Both the position numbers and the translations under genes were made by a program. From Lophium mytilinum (lineage: Eukaryota), in NCBI GenBank assembly GCA_010093605.1, contig MU004192.1:2563-66562 (forward strand): a DNA stretch of 64,000 nt. The letters run 5' to 3'. Under the pieces are notes generated by a model, which saw nothing but the letters and a program-made list of their open reading frames with translations, made no database searches and was not told where the DNA came from. This document shows, piece after piece, positions 23,728 through 36,984 of the stretch (within the stretch, counting starts at the first letter, position 1; the number at the start of each line of letters is the position of its first letter).

Positions 23728-24194
23728 CTCGGAGGTCTGTCGTCCGTGAATGGTAGTTATGTGAGATCGGCGTTAAGAGAGTGAGGACTTGCGGCAGCCC
23801 GAACTGAGGGTCAAGCAGTAGAGTGAGCACGGCGATTTACCGACCGGATGGATAGCGAAAGGATAGGCGGATATTGAGACCGCGAATGGCCGAAACTCGA
23901 AACGAATGCAGTCGTATCCTACGTAGGGTACAGCCAGATCAATGTACGGATAACCGCTGGATGGAATGCGTGCTTTGTGGATAGTAGTGGATGCAATGTT
24001 GATTTGATGCGTTCTGTTGGAGAGATTCTATGTCGGGAAGAACAAATGGGGGGCGTTGGCTCCCTCCGGCATGCGGATGGAAGGTGCTGTCCATAGCACG
24101 TATGTTAATTGAAAAAACCAAATGTGTTGCAGCCCGCCGAAAAAGCGTGAAGCAGGTAGATATGAATTGAATGTGGTAGCGAGTCGACTCGAGA

Positions 24195-25487
24195 TTACGT
24201 CCTCCTCCAAAACTTCCTCATCACCCAACCAATCTGCTGCCTCATCCAGAAATACCCATAAACAAGCGCACCAACCGGCGCCGTCCCAACGACCTTCATC
24301 AAGGCCGAGGGACTATCCCCAGCCATCTGTTTTATCATACTCGTGAAGACGCCAATCGGTGCCTCCGGGCTGAAAAGCCACTCCTTGCTCTTTAAAGTGA
24401 GTGCCTGGATCTTTTCAGCCCTGGGGAACATTGCTTGCTCGTAGCGCGATACCGCTTCGTCCAACGTGAGGTCCTCACTCAGGGCCATGCTTTTTTCGAT
24501 CAACTCCGTCAGCTCGAGGGAGTCTTTCATCGCTTTGTTGACGCCCTCGCCTCCGAAGGGTGTCATCAAGCTCGCGGCGTCTCCGATTAACGTAAACCCC
24601 TTCGTGTGCTCCCATTTCGATCCCACTGGTAGCTCGTAGAGGGTATATTCCTTCATTCGCTCCACATCCCCCTGCCTGTACAACTCCACCATCTCCGGCG
24701 CCCAGCCCTCATACCGCCGGAGCATCTGGTCGAGCGTCCCTCTCTTCCCGAACCTCTCAATCGTCTCTTTCGTCTCGCCCTCCGGACACAAATACCAGCT
24801 CCTCGTCTTCAAACTCTGATCCCCCATCCGCTGCGCAGTAAGGCACTTCCGATCCGAGCTCCCAAAAAACGATCCCTTTCCCACCATCTTATCTACCTCC
24901 GGACACCTTTCCCCCGGCTTCTTGATTTCCATCTCATACCCGCTCACCCCTGAATATCTGGGCTTGACGTCGCTCAACCGCGCGCGGACTCTACTCCATC
25001 CCCCATCCGCGCCAACCACTAAATCGAACGGGCCCTCCACCTCTTCGCTTCCCTCGACATCGAACCTCAACGACCCGTCCTCCCCAACTTCTCGCAATTT
25101 CCGCCCCCACCTCACACACTCCCGCGGCACGCTTTCAAGCAACATCCCCTTCAAGGTTTCCCGATCGATCTCCGGCCTGTCCCTACTCTTCCCTGCGCCC
25201 CCGCCGAGATGCACAAGCTCGGTCCAGTTCTTGTCGGCGAATATGAGCTCCTCGCCGTCATAGCGAGCGTACTTCAGGAATGTTTCCCAGAGGCCGCATT
25301 TGCGTAAGGCGGCTTGCCCGGTTTCGGCGCCAAGATCTAGGGTGCCGCCTTGCTCGAAACGGGCGCTTGGAGAGGCGTCGCGCTCAAAGATTGTCAGGGA
25401 GGGCGCCGGTTTGATAAGGGAGAGGAGGCGAGCGAGGGTCAGGCCTGCGGGACCGGCACCGATGATGGCGATGGAGGGGAGAGCCAT
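24195..25487 (-). CDS. FAD-dependent monooxygenase (group A, TetX/salicylate-hydroxylase-like)
   Basis: IIGAGPAGL, QGGTLDL, RPEIDR, DLVVGADG, LIGDAA..MTPFGGEGVN.AMKD. Confidence 0.92.
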   Translation of the reverse strand: MALPSIAIIGAGPAGLTLARLLSLIKPAPSLTIFERDASPSARFEQGGTLDLGAETGQAALRKCGLWETFLKYARYDGEELIFADKNWTELVHLGGGAGKSRDRPEIDRETLKGMLLESVPRECVRWGRKLREVGEDGSLRFDVEGSEEVEGPFDLVVGADGGWSRVRARLSDVKPRYSGVSGYEMEIKKPGERCPEVDKMVGKGSFFGSSDRKCLTAQRMGDQSLKTRSWYLCPEGETKETIERFGKRGTLDQMLRRYEGWAPEMVELYRQGDVERMKEYTLYELPVGSKWEHTKGFTLIGDAASLMTPFGGEGVNKAMKDSLELTELIEKSMALSEDLTLDEAVSRYEQAMFPRAEKIQALTLKSKEWLFSPEAPIGVFTSMIKQMAGDSPSALMKVVGTAPVGALVYGYFWMRQQIGWVMRKFWRRT

Positions 25488-26905
25488 TGTTTTGAGGAAA
25501 CTTGTTGAAGGATGGAAGCGGGCAAATAGTAAAGTGCGAGGAAAAGTCTTGAGAAGTGAGAGATCTTGATAAGAGAGAATGAGGAGTGATATATGTTGTG
25601 TTGTTATCTAGAGAGCTGGTGTGGATTACGGCGAGATGATCAATTGAAAAACATCGAGGAAATATGATGACGTTGAAAGACGAAGGGTGTAGTACTTATA
25701 TCTACCTATGGATGCTTCTGCCGTTCATAAAGCCACAGTTGCCGTGACATCACAGCCTCGCGCGAAGTCTTGAGATGTATCCCGTTGTTGAGTCAATGGC
25801 AGCAGGCTCGGATAATCGCGAGATGAACGCGAACATGATAGCGTCATAAGGCTGAACTGCGAGGTTAGAGCGACGAAGTTACTAGCCTATGAAGGTAAGG
25901 TGGGGTGCTGCTGAAGTCGTTAGGGCTAGGTGATAAGCACTGGTCAAGCCGGTCCGCCTCGTGTTCGCGTTGAGCATGGCATGCACTTGACGACTCGGAA
26001 CTATTCGAGCCCAAAGTTAGTTGCTCTGGGGGGGGCCGAGTGTGCGAAGGACGTCCGAGCCATGAAGACGGCATGCTGGAAAAAACTCCGAAGTTCGCGT
26101 TGGCTCGCGATGATCGCGGGAAAGCCAGTCGTCGTGGATCGAGGCTAGTGACTAAGCACGCTTTCCCAAGTCACGTGATACTATGATTGCCTCGTTCTGA
26201 AGACTGACAGGTTGCTCTTTGCTCTTCAGATAGTTGGATTATCCATTCGACTTGCTCGAGACTGATGATTCGAGGCTGCACGTTGGGGTTCCGATACTGA
26301 GGTGTAGCGTAAACGGAGCGTGAAACATGAGCATAAGCACCCATGTATTGAGAGAACGTCGATCACTACGCTAGGGAAGTTATACAACCCAGGAACCTAG
26401 GCGGCTTGTTCAAGCTCCGATGACCCTTCTCTACTGTGGTACTTCGAGGGTGGCGGATGTTCCGAGGTCGAAGGCCGTGTCTGGTAAATCTCGGTCTTGC
26501 GATATTAGGAAAAGTAGTCGGATAGAGGGAATCAATCGGGCGCAAGCGTGGTTTCTGAAGATAGAGGTCACGGTTATCTAATAATAGAAGCGGAAAGGCG
26601 GAAAGGCGGATGATCAGTGTGAACCCTAGGTGCCGCAATCTGTTCGCGTTGGTTCAAATCACATTGTCATTAGAATTTCTAGCTATTCATTCACATCCCC
26701 GGCCCGAAGAGCAGCCGTACTATATTGCCACTGAGCGACCTGAGACCTTCAAATCAAAGGCTTGGTGAAGCTCGGTGCCCGCGGTTGGCATATAGTGGTA
26801 GTAGAGTAGCGACATTAGAAGTGATTTTAATAGAAAGGAAAGGTCGATGATTATGTATATAGGGCTACAGCAAGCTTCCCTCGTAGCTTTTACCAGTCAC
26901 AGTGC

Positions 26906-29046
26906 TTACCAACTGAAACTCTCTTCCACGAACGTCAACTTAACGTCCATTTCCTTTCCTAGCCTTGCTACAGCGAATCTCACTTCATCCGCCATTCCGG
27001 GAGGCCCGCTCACAACGACAACTACGCTCTCCTTGGCGAAGTCTCCAATAACTTCCAGCTCATTGTCTAGAACTGTAGCCACGTTCATTCGCTCGCCGAC
27101 AAAGACTTCTTTCTCCACATCCGCCAAGACATCATCCATCTCACTCACAAGTCCCTGCGTTCGCGCACCCCAGAAGAGCTTCCGGTTTCCGGGGTGTGCT
27201 CGGAGGAGAGGAAGTACCGCGGTGATGCCTACGCCGCCTGCGATAGCGATGAGGATGGAGTGCGAGGAGAGGTCTTCATGTAGACCATACTGTGACTCTA
27301 CTAAGACGGGTAAAGTTGACAGGGAGCGTAGTTGGGCCGTCAAGCCGCCTCGGGTGCGGAGTAGGAAAGTAAGCCCGATTGCTGAATGTCCTGTCCCTTT
27401 CTTGTGATGGAGCTCGAGACTATCCTGGGAGGTCTGTGATCTTGAAGCCTGAATTGGATGCTTCTCGACATCTGAAGTTAGTGCTCCGTGAGGATTAGTG
27501 CTGCCGGTTTGAGGTGTCGAAGCCGGAAGGACGGTAGACGCGACGGAGAAGGGGTGGTTTTCCCAGACGCGCCACGTGAGAGTCGGGAAATAGAGGTATG
27601 CATGGCCATTCCCGCTGACACCTTCCACATCAACGCGGAGATAGTCGTTGTCAATCACCGTTACAGTCGCAGTGCAGAGCCCATTTCTCGCGAACCTCCC
27701 CACCCGCATCGTGCGCTCGAATGCCCAGACGGCCATAGCAACATAGATCCAAACTTCGTAGCCCCATTGGTGGCCAAAGCGGTAGTTGATATGAAGGTAA
27801 CAACCTGCTACGATGAGAATGGAAATGACGATGTGCCACAAGAGAAAGACTTCGTAGAGCTTCTGTCGCAGTGGAAGGATAGACGTCGGTAAGAGAATCG
27901 ACATTCCGAGTGTCGCAATGGCGCCCCAGATCCAATATGGCATCTTGCTCTCAATTGAATGTTCGCCTGACGCGACGTATACCTGTAGGTATATGCAGGA
28001 GTGGATCACGGCCTCGATAGTGCAAATCCAAGCAACCCATCTATGAAGCAGAAGAAAGGTTCCATGCGACCAATTAGTGAGCCAGAGCAGAACGTTGTTG
28101 CGGCCGGCGTATAATATCAAAAGCGGCACATTGGCGAAGCTTAGGACACCAGTGCGGTTCGTGATGTAGGTTTTGATTTCATCGTACGTGCTTAAGTACC
28201 AACCGTTGGGTTGTTTGCTGCTGTATCCAACCGAGCAGAGAATCACGTTGATTGCAATGAGGTATAAGATGAATAGAGCTTGGCCTCGCGTAGGTATGTT
28301 AACGCCAAGTATTGCTTCTTTATGGTGAGACCCAAAAGCGGGAGGATAGATGATGTGTGCGTTGAATTTGGTTGTGAGACGAGCTGGCCACGGGACGAAG
28401 CGGAGTACGGAAAACCCAATCGGTATGACGACACCCGATAGGAATACGACAAGCCTGTATGTTGGTTAGCATGAATTCGGCAGCATTTCTAAAACAAGAC
28501 GTACCCATAGCGTTCATGGGTGTCTTCTTGGATCTCAAAGATGGAGTCCGCGTTGTAGTTTGCCATCCAATCATCTTCCGTGACCAAACTGGTCTGGTTC
28601 AATGGATCACCGGTGACGAGAATCTCGGTTGGTGGTTTCGTGACCTTTGCTAGAGCTTGCTGGTACGTCTCTTTGGGGTCGGGTTGCACTGCTCCGTGCC
28701 CAGCAACGTTCATCCTCCAGAACTTCTCCAGCTTCCAGGCGGTAACATGTTGGCAGTGAGTTGATATGCACCAAGCCAGCGTCTGCAAGAATGCGTCGTC
28801 GGTGGCATAACATTCCGGTTCGGTTGAAGCACCCCCCATATCCATGCCGTCCATATCCATCTCTTCGGTAGAGCAGTTGAGAGGGCTCCCAGAGATGGTG
28901 TCGCGACACGCAAAGGCGCAAGGAGGATCGTACATGGTAATGCCGTAGCCAATGAGGCCATGACCCCGGCGACCATTAGAGACCATGGCAGCGACGAGGA
29001 GGGAATGGAGACATATCGCGACGAGGAAAGAGAGTCTAGACGCCAT
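26906..29046 (-). CDS. Ferric/cupric reductase transmembrane component (FRE family); intron 28455-28504
   Basis: Signal peptide, Cys-rich N-terminus, heme His motifs (LLHRW..IHS; WH..LH), ENHPFSV, AGGVGIT, SGPPGMAD, EESFSW. Confidence 0.92.
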
Positions 29047-29997
29047 CTTGAGAAGGTGACCAGGTATATCAAGGACAGGGAAGTAGGGCAGAGACGGAGG
29101 AGCGTGTAGCAGGAGACGACGGTTCCTTATAACGCCGTTTCTTGATACTGCTAGCGGGTATTTATGCTTGGAAATAAGCTCATTCCCAGACCAGTGCACT
29201 GGATGGTATGACAAGACCCATCAACACTCTCAGCCAATCACAGATGTTTGATATACCTCTTGGACTGAAGATTCTTCGCATTCTCGCGAGGCGTGAAACT
29301 GGCGACACGACGGTTGAGCACGTTTCTGCACGTCGTGCTTGGCACGTCCCGGATCCATGAAATGGCCTCAATTTGCCGCACGTCGACACAAAGCGGGCCG
29401 CCTTATTTACACGCTTTGACAGAGGTGCCTGCCATAGCCTTATTGAAAAGGGCGCCGTAGATGGATTGGTACTGCAACTGGTGGAGGTGCAATCATATAG
29501 GCGTAAGAAGGCATTGTTGAGAATTAGAGCGCTAGCAACCGCTTGAGGTTTCATGACGAAGAGAAAAGAAACGAAGCCCTGAGCGCCGAGGCACCCAAAA
29601 CTGAATACCTATTCGTCGATTGAGGAGCACGGGTAAGCGGTACACCCTCCAAGACACATGTTTGAGCAAGACAAAGCTCGAACAAGATGGAGTGTGATGA
29701 TAGACGAGATGGTTGATGGATAAGAACGAAAACAAAGGGGGACGATGCACGATTCAGGCCGAACAAAGCTACTCACGTGTCTGACTCGTGCTGCGATTCC
29801 AATACCGCCCATCCTGCCGTCACCATTCCACCAACAGCCTCAACTACCATCAAAGTGCCCTACGCTCAGCATCCTCTCATCTCGACACTTGCCCCTATTT
29901 CCACGTCAGCCAACCACATAACGAGCACTCCAGACACTCGACGTCACCATTAGTCTCTAATCATAAGAAATCGAGTGCACCTGGTATTCAGCAATAA

Positions 29998-30827
29998 TTA
30001 CAACTGCGCCTGCTCCTGTCCAGCCTTCCTGGTCTGCGTAAACTGACCCACCACCGACATGGCGAGCCCAACATTGTCACCCCAAATGGCCGGCAACGTC
30101 CTCACCCACTTCTTCTGCTCAGATTCATCCAGCAACCACTTGGCCAACTGGCTCCTCTCTAGCTGCGGCTTGTGGCCTCCCTTCCCTACGTAACCAGCAT
30201 GGGCACCCTCACGCTGCTCACCATCCTTCACCATGTTGAGCCGGAAGAGGCAGACATCGAGTTGCTGTTCACCATCTTTCGCTAGCTCCCCGATACAGTA
30301 TGGTTTCCATTGCCGTTCAATCCCGAGAATCATGTGCTTTGCGCCTTTGGCAACGAAACCAATGATCTGGACGTGCACCCATGTGATGAGTTGGAACGCG
30401 TCTTGGGGATCTTGGATTGTTTGTGTCCCGACAACAAGCACATACGGCCTCTGGGCGCGAGGGATCTTGTGTAGGCGAGTGATGAGCCATTTGTAGAAAT
30501 CCTCCAACTCATCACCACTCCCCTTGGTGTTGTTTGGGCCGAGCAGAGAGATGATGGCGTCGAACTGGTCGATGAGTGGGTCCAGATGGCCCGGTGCCTC
30601 TGGGAGTGTGCTTTTGAAGACCTGTCGCACCAATTTAGCAACAGCTTCAACACCTCGCGCAGGCAACTTACAGTTAAGTTTGGGTTCTCCGTCAGCTTCG
30701 CAGGTAGCTTTTCCGTCTTCCTGTCGGCAACTGTCACTTTCCAACCTCTCTCAAGCGCCTGCTCTACCGTCTGCAGCCCCGAGCCTCCAGTCGACCCCAA
30801 GACAAGTATATTCTTTTGACTCGCCAT
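29998..30827 (-). CDS. NAD(P)H-binding Rossmann protein (flavin-reductase/NmrA-like); intron 30622-30671
   Basis: ILVLGSTGGSG. A GTAAGT..CAG intron joins the exons in frame. Confidence 0.8.
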
Positions 30828-31180
30828 TTTGCTTCTTCTCAATTCCAATCACCTGTCAAAAAATCCAGAGGAGTATTCTATTATTTTGTAACTTCGAATA
30901 TCCCATCTCGGCTTCCCGGTTCCACGGAGCCGGAACGGGCCGGCTCGTCCCGAAACGCTGTAGCGGAGAAGTGGCGGAACAAACACCCTCGGGGATCCGT
31001 GAACTTTTGCGTTCGAGATACAGCTTAGAAATCGAATTAGATAGACGGAAGCGAGTGCGGGGAAATGTCCGGGGTAGTGGGGTAAGTGTCCAATCCACAA
31101 TTATATGCAATGGCCATCCGCGAAGATCATGCAGGTCCAAAGTGTCAGCTTCTATCTATCCCTCGCTTATCACCAGCAAC

Positions 31181-32217
31181 ATGGGTCGCGAAACCCCTAT
31201 TACCATTGACGAGTCCAAGTTCAAGAACCTCGCGGGTAAAACTATTCTCATTACGGGTGCATCCTCAGGCATTGGACTGGAGACTGCGAACTACTTCTAC
31301 AAACTCGGCGCCAATGTCGCCTTTCTGGCCGGTCGAAAACGACCCGCAACCGATGTCCCCCTCGACTCAGACCGAACACTCCTCCGAAATATCGATGTGA
31401 GCAATTGGGAGCAGCAGGTTGAGGCATTCGAAGCTACTGTCAAGAAGTTCGGACATATTGACATTGTCCTTCCCAATGCTGGCGTCAATGAACCAAGACA
31501 GCAGTTCTTCAATCTTGAGACTGACGAAAACGGGAAACTAAAACCGCTTGAGACGAAGGTAATTGATGTCGACTTGAAGGGCACCGCGTACACGACCGCA
31601 TTAGGCATCCATTACCTGAAAGAGAAGGGAGGAAGCATCATCATCATGTCCAGTATGGCAGGCTACGTAGGCGTAGACGAGATGCCGGCCTATGCCGCAA
31701 CGAAGCATGGTGCGTACTCACATTCTCAAGTCCAATTCGAAAGGTCTTCTCTCTTATAGTCATTCGCCTCTTCACTTCCTCTCAAATATCATACTCATCC
31801 TCCTTTCCCTACAAGCTCGTTCTTTTCGTATCTCCTTATCTAACATACCTAGGTGCCACGGCCCTTCTCCGCTCTCTCTACAAGCCAGCCGCCACCCGCA
31901 ACATTGCCATCTCCCTCTCCAACCCCGCTCTCGTCTTTACCCCAGGGTCTTTATCCGAGATGTACGCTCCCGGCGAGGAAGCTTACCAAGCCGCGAAGAA
32001 GCAACTTGCCGCAATGGGCGTCAAGATGAGTTCGGCCTTCACGGTTACTCTGTCAGTTGCATATCTAGCGAGTCTTGGCATGGAAGCAAGTGGAGTGGGC
32101 TTGTTGGTGGAGAATGATGAGATTCATGATTGGGAGGCGGACTTGCAGGAAAGCTTGCCGGGGTGGTTCAAGGTGAAGGCCGGAGGGAGGGAGGGGATGG
32201 CGAATGTGAGTGATTAG
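31181..32217 (+). CDS. Short-chain dehydrogenase/reductase; intron 31710-31852
   Basis: ITGASSGIG, NAG, catalytic S and YAATK. Splicing gives HGATALLRSL. Confidence 0.9.
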
Positions 32218-32703
32218 GTGAACGTGAGGGCTGAGATGTTGTGGATTGAGCTGTCTTTTGAACTCTGTAGTGTGCTCCTATTCTAGTCGTAGATTCCTAG
32301 CGCTGCTATTTCACGTGCTCAGGCAGGCTACGATATGTCTCAAATATGGACATTGTTCTTGCTTACACATTTGAAATTGAAGCACCCATAATAAAGGTAG
32401 AGAGTCTACCTTTGTATGGCTTTAAGAAGTCGCCATGCTGTCCGGCAACCATTGAGTCAAAAGGGAGCCTGAAGTATACTGCGTGAACATTGCATCGTGT
32501 CCTCGTGAGTGTATAGGTCGGCGAAAGTAGAATTCGGCGTCGAAAAGCTCAAAATGGACTGTAGATGAACTCTAGAGCCGAACAAAGCGTTTCCGGCTTC
32601 AGGACCAAGATATTACATGTCGCCATCCCTGCAATTGTGCCCGACAGTGATTAGCAATTTCTGTGCCCTGAACAACCATGGACCTGTTCAGCCGCCACCT
32701 AAC

Positions 32704-33579
32704 TCACGTTGCCTCCTCAGAAGCATCTCCGCTATTAGAGACGTCCTCGTCTGTCCACACATCTGCATCCCGACACCACCGCTCTGGTATCTCCACCCCC
32801 AACTCCGGCCTCCCAGCCCTCGTAGTGCTTGTGCTACACATCGCCACTACAAACTTCACAGCTGCAATCCCGTCTTTTGACGCACAGCAATATCCAACCA
32901 CACCCCTCCCAACCCTCCCCCAAGCAACCGGTGTTACACTTGCATCTAGATACCGGCCCAGATTCAAGTAAACCTGTTCCGTCGACGGCACGCTCGCGAG
33001 TTGAATCCCCTCAAACTCGACCTTAGACTGGAGACCCAGGAAGCTCTTCCCATGCATGTGATTTTTAAAATTCCCTTCCGTCTTTACGACCCTACCATAC
33101 TTCCACGTCAAGCCCAGGCCATCGCTGAAGAAATGGTTAAGATCTTGGGGAACGACTCCCTGGCTGAACGACGGGAGTAAGACAACGATCCCACCGTTTT
33201 GGACGTACTCACCGAGCTGGGCAGCGACGGCGCGGTTTTCGGTGCCAGGTTTCGTGATGGTGCTGTCGGCAATTAGGACGGCGATGGGTGCGTCGTACTT
33301 CGTACACTTCTGGAGATGGCGTAATCCACTTTCCGGGGTGTTGAGGTGGTGCAGCATGAGATGGCGGTTGAATTGGATAGAGAGTGCTTCTGCGAGGGCG
33401 TCGTTAAAGTGTGTTGATGGGTGGTCGGGGCCGGGATATGTGGGTTCCCCGTGGAAATCAAGAATCACGATGTGAGGGCGTAGCGTAGTTGACGCAGGGG
33501 AGAGTGGCCTGGGCTCCGTTTTGGTGGTCGGGGTTTGCGTGGATGCGTCCGCATGAAAGGGGTGATTCTGGTTGTCCAT
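32704..33579 (-). CDS. Hypothetical protein (possibly ThuA/class-I glutamine-amidotransferase-like fold)
   Basis: 291 aa intronless ORF with an LGEYVQNGGIVVL motif. The fold is a guess. Confidence 0.6.
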   Translation of the reverse strand: MDNQNHPFHADASTQTPTTKTEPRPLSPASTTLRPHIVILDFHGEPTYPGPDHPSTHFNDALAEALSIQFNRHLMLHHLNTPESGLRHLQKCTKYDAPIAVLIADSTITKPGTENRAVAAQLGEYVQNGGIVVLLPSFSQGVVPQDLNHFFSDGLGLTWKYGRVVKTEGNFKNHMHGKSFLGLQSKVEFEGIQLASVPSTEQVYLNLGRYLDASVTPVAWGRVGRGVVGYCCASKDGIAAVKFVVAMCSTSTTRAGRPELGVEIPERWCRDADVWTDEDVSNSGDASEEAT

Positions 33580-35013
33580 GGTTGTAAAGACACGCGTGTA
33601 GTGTTTCGTGGAGGTACATTGAGAAGAAAGATGCGCTTTTAAAGAGAAATTAAAGGGGACTTATGGAGCAAAGTCTTTTAAGAAGAGTGTGGTGGTGAAT
33701 GAGCAGCAGGTGACTGAGAAACGCGTTATCACGTGACATGACAGTGTCAATAGGAGAAAGCAAACCTTGGTATCAGAAGCATTCCTCCCTATAACATCTT
33801 CTGGTGACATAAACAGTCGACCTCATGTTCAAGATTCGAATCGGCACTTCCCTTACCCACCACCTCGCCGCCACAATCGGACCCAATACCCCAGTTTCGA
33901 GCTTCGGGTAAGTCGCGTTGTGATGATTCCACCTCGAGGCGCATCCCCTCCTACCACTATCAACCAGTTCCCAGTCATCTATCTCCTTCTCCCTCCACTT
34001 CTAAGCTCGTTCTCAGGCATGCTGCCGTGGGCGGCAACTCATTCTTATCAAGCACATTCAGCCAGTCATTAGTGACCCCAATTTCCATCTCGTGAATGGT
34101 TGGGCGTGAGTCGAGTGCGGATATGCTATCGATCTCGTGAGAAGTCCTGTAGAGTAGCCGAGGTCGAACTGTTTGTTTCCACGCCAGCGTTATTCTTAAC
34201 GTCGTGAAGGTTGAAGAAGTGATTAAAGCCTCTTGGTGGTAAGTTCGGATTTGGGAGCTCCAGGTCGTAGGTTGCGCGGAGAGCCTATTCTAATTGAACC
34301 TCCGCAATAACCATGCCGTAGGAAACCTAGGGTCCAAATATCAGGGGACATTAGAAGTAGAGAGTGGGGAGAGTGGAGAGAATCGGCATCGGTCCGGGAC
34401 CTTTTCCGGGGAAGCGTTCCAACCGTTGACAAGTGCAACAACTAGCAAGGGTATTGCCTGGAGGACCTTACACGAGGGCGCGTGATCATGTTCGTGCTGC
34501 CTACAAACCTTGCATCTGAGATCGGTTTCGCCCGAATACGTAACGAGATAAATCAGTCGGCTTTCAGCAAGGCGAGGTTCCGTCTTAAGCTAATTCCAGG
34601 TTCTTGCAAACGATCGATCAAAGTATCCAGCAATGTGGTAGAATGAACGACCTATTCAGCGAAAATTCAAAGTAGGCAAAACCAGGTTCTGCATAGCTGA
34701 TCGAAGTGATGCAAGTCCATTGCCTCCACGGGTAAACCTGTACGCGTGGGCTTCGACAACGGAGGTTTCAAATCGTCTTGCGGGTGGCGTCGGTAGATCA
34801 GGGCCTTCAGTACATGACGGATCGCAATGGAAAATCGATCCCAGGGTTGAAGCAGCACCTCTCAACGGCGGGTTATGTATCGGTACCGGGCAACCTTTTC
34901 AGCCTGTCAACAGAAGTACTAGCAAGGTCCACCTTCGAGCCACGGCTTTGCCACTATTCTCTCAATTTAAAAGGGTCTGTCCGTTCGTCAAATTTGGAAA
35001 CATCCTGCTGGCC

Positions 35014-36984
35014 ATGAGGGTTCATCTAATCCTTCGATTACTGCTGCTAAGCGTCTTCGCTATTCATAGCAACGCTAAAGGTAAAGTCCTCTTTCCGGAA
35101 CGGGAGATCGAATGTACCAGCTGACAGCGCGTAGAGCTTGTGCCATTCAAAAGTACTTCATTCGAACTCGGTGCCATGAAAGCGACAGGCTGGCTGCAGG
35201 ACCAGCTTGTCCTTTCTGCGAATGGACTCGCCGGGCACGAATTCGATTTCTACCGTTACGTCGCAAAGTCGAAATGGTTGGGAGGCGATTGGGAGTATAG
35301 CGAACTAGACGAATCGGCGCCTTACTGGTTTAATTACATCGTGCCACTCGCCTTTACCCTCGATGATCCCCGGTTGAAGTCACAAGCAAAGAAGTTCCTG
35401 GACTACACGCTTGACAATCAAGCGGAAGATGGATGGTTGGGACCAGAGACGACGAAAGCCACGAGAGGCATCTGGGCTCGTTCTCTTTTGCTTTTTGGAC
35501 TAACCGTAAGTATAGAGTGCTTTGCCAGGAGGCTGCAGGACAAATTGAGCTTACCATGAGGCAGCAATATGCTGAGGCAGATCCAACTGAGACTGACCGA
35601 ATTGTTACTGCGATGCACAGGTTCACGGTTTTGACAAACGCGATGCTGAAGGCAAACTCACGGGTCTCCTTCAGCAACCCGGCAATGACTTCGATCTATG
35701 GGGATTCGGAGTTTCCAGGACGCATGAGCTGCCCATCTCAATTCAGTGGCTTTACGAAAATTATCCTAGAAGTAACTCAGAAATCATCTGGGAGACGATC
35801 GAGTTAATATTTGAAGGTGGCAGAAAAGGGTTACGGGATTAGACAACCTTCTTCGTTAATAGTGTGTTTTCCAAGGTTGGTACGCCTTACTTTAAGACGA
35901 CTGGACTTACACATGGTGTGAACTTAATTGAAGGTGAGTCCTTTGCAGAACGACGCAGGCTGTAGATGCTGATGATTGATAGGACTGAGATATGCCACGG
36001 TACTCCATCGGACAAATGGAAGCGTTCAATGCTCTACCTGCAGCTATCAGTCCAGATTGGTGGTCTCATACTTACGTTACTCAGACGAACCAGCCATGGT
36101 CCCGGAACCTGACCGGCCAGCCGTACTTCAACGTGAACTCCTACGGGAATACCTTTGGACTCGAGCCAAACTTTCCTTGCTGTACGGTGAACCATGGTCA
36201 GGGCTATCCAAAGTATGTCGCTTCATCGTATATCCGCACCGGAGAATACCAAGTAGTGCATGCTCTTCTCGGCCCAACCACTTTGCAAGCAACCTTGCAC
36301 GGTGCAACAGTGAAGATAAGCTGTAAGACTAGTTACCCGTTCTCTGGCCATCTGGAATATACCATTGAGAAGAAATCTGCCTTTGAATTTCCCGTCCGCG
36401 TGCCGGACTGGGCTGCAACAGGCTCGAATTCCATATTCCATGGCAACACGGCGGTCCTCACGCCGACCGAAGGACTTCAGACGTTCTCAATCAGCCCGGG
36501 AATAACTAAAGTCGAGATGAACCTCGATATGCAGCTCAACACTTCCGAAAGAAATGGCTCAACTGCCGTTTACTATGGCCCACTCCTCTACGCCCTCGAC
36601 ATTGAGCAGGCCGCCTCTTTCCACTCTCCCCTCAACTTCTCAGATACCAAGCCGCTACTAGCCGACGAAGTGAGCCCACACACCCATGACTATGTCATCG
36701 AGCCCGCGTCCCCGTGGAACTTCGCGATCGATCCGACGTCCCTAGAAGTAGAGCACGTGACTTCCAGCGACCCAAAGCATCTTGCGAATCCCATTTGGAC
36801 GAGAGGAGCGCCGCCAATAGTGATCTGGGCTAACGCTTATCCTGTTGAGTGGCCAGAGGAGCTAGGGACGGCTGGATTACCTCCACAAGATCCGGTTGTC
36901 GTGGGCAACGCAACGAGAGTCAAGTTGATTCCGTTCGGAGCGGCGAAGTTGCATATTGCCGACTTCCCAACTGTGAAAGTCTGA
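35014..36984 (+). pseudogene. Secreted GH127/DUF1680-like glycoside hydrolase pseudogene
   Basis: Signal peptide, ESAPYWFN, THGVN, PCCTVNH. Introns 35081-35134, 35506-35564, ~35934-35982. Frameshift ~35658, in-frame TAG 35840-35842, out-of-frame internal junction at ~36020. Confidence 0.8.

Noticed and set aside
24195..25487. TetX antibiotic-resistance gene or bacterial transfer
   Set aside because: The motifs are shared by a widespread fungal monooxygenase family and there is no compositional anomaly.
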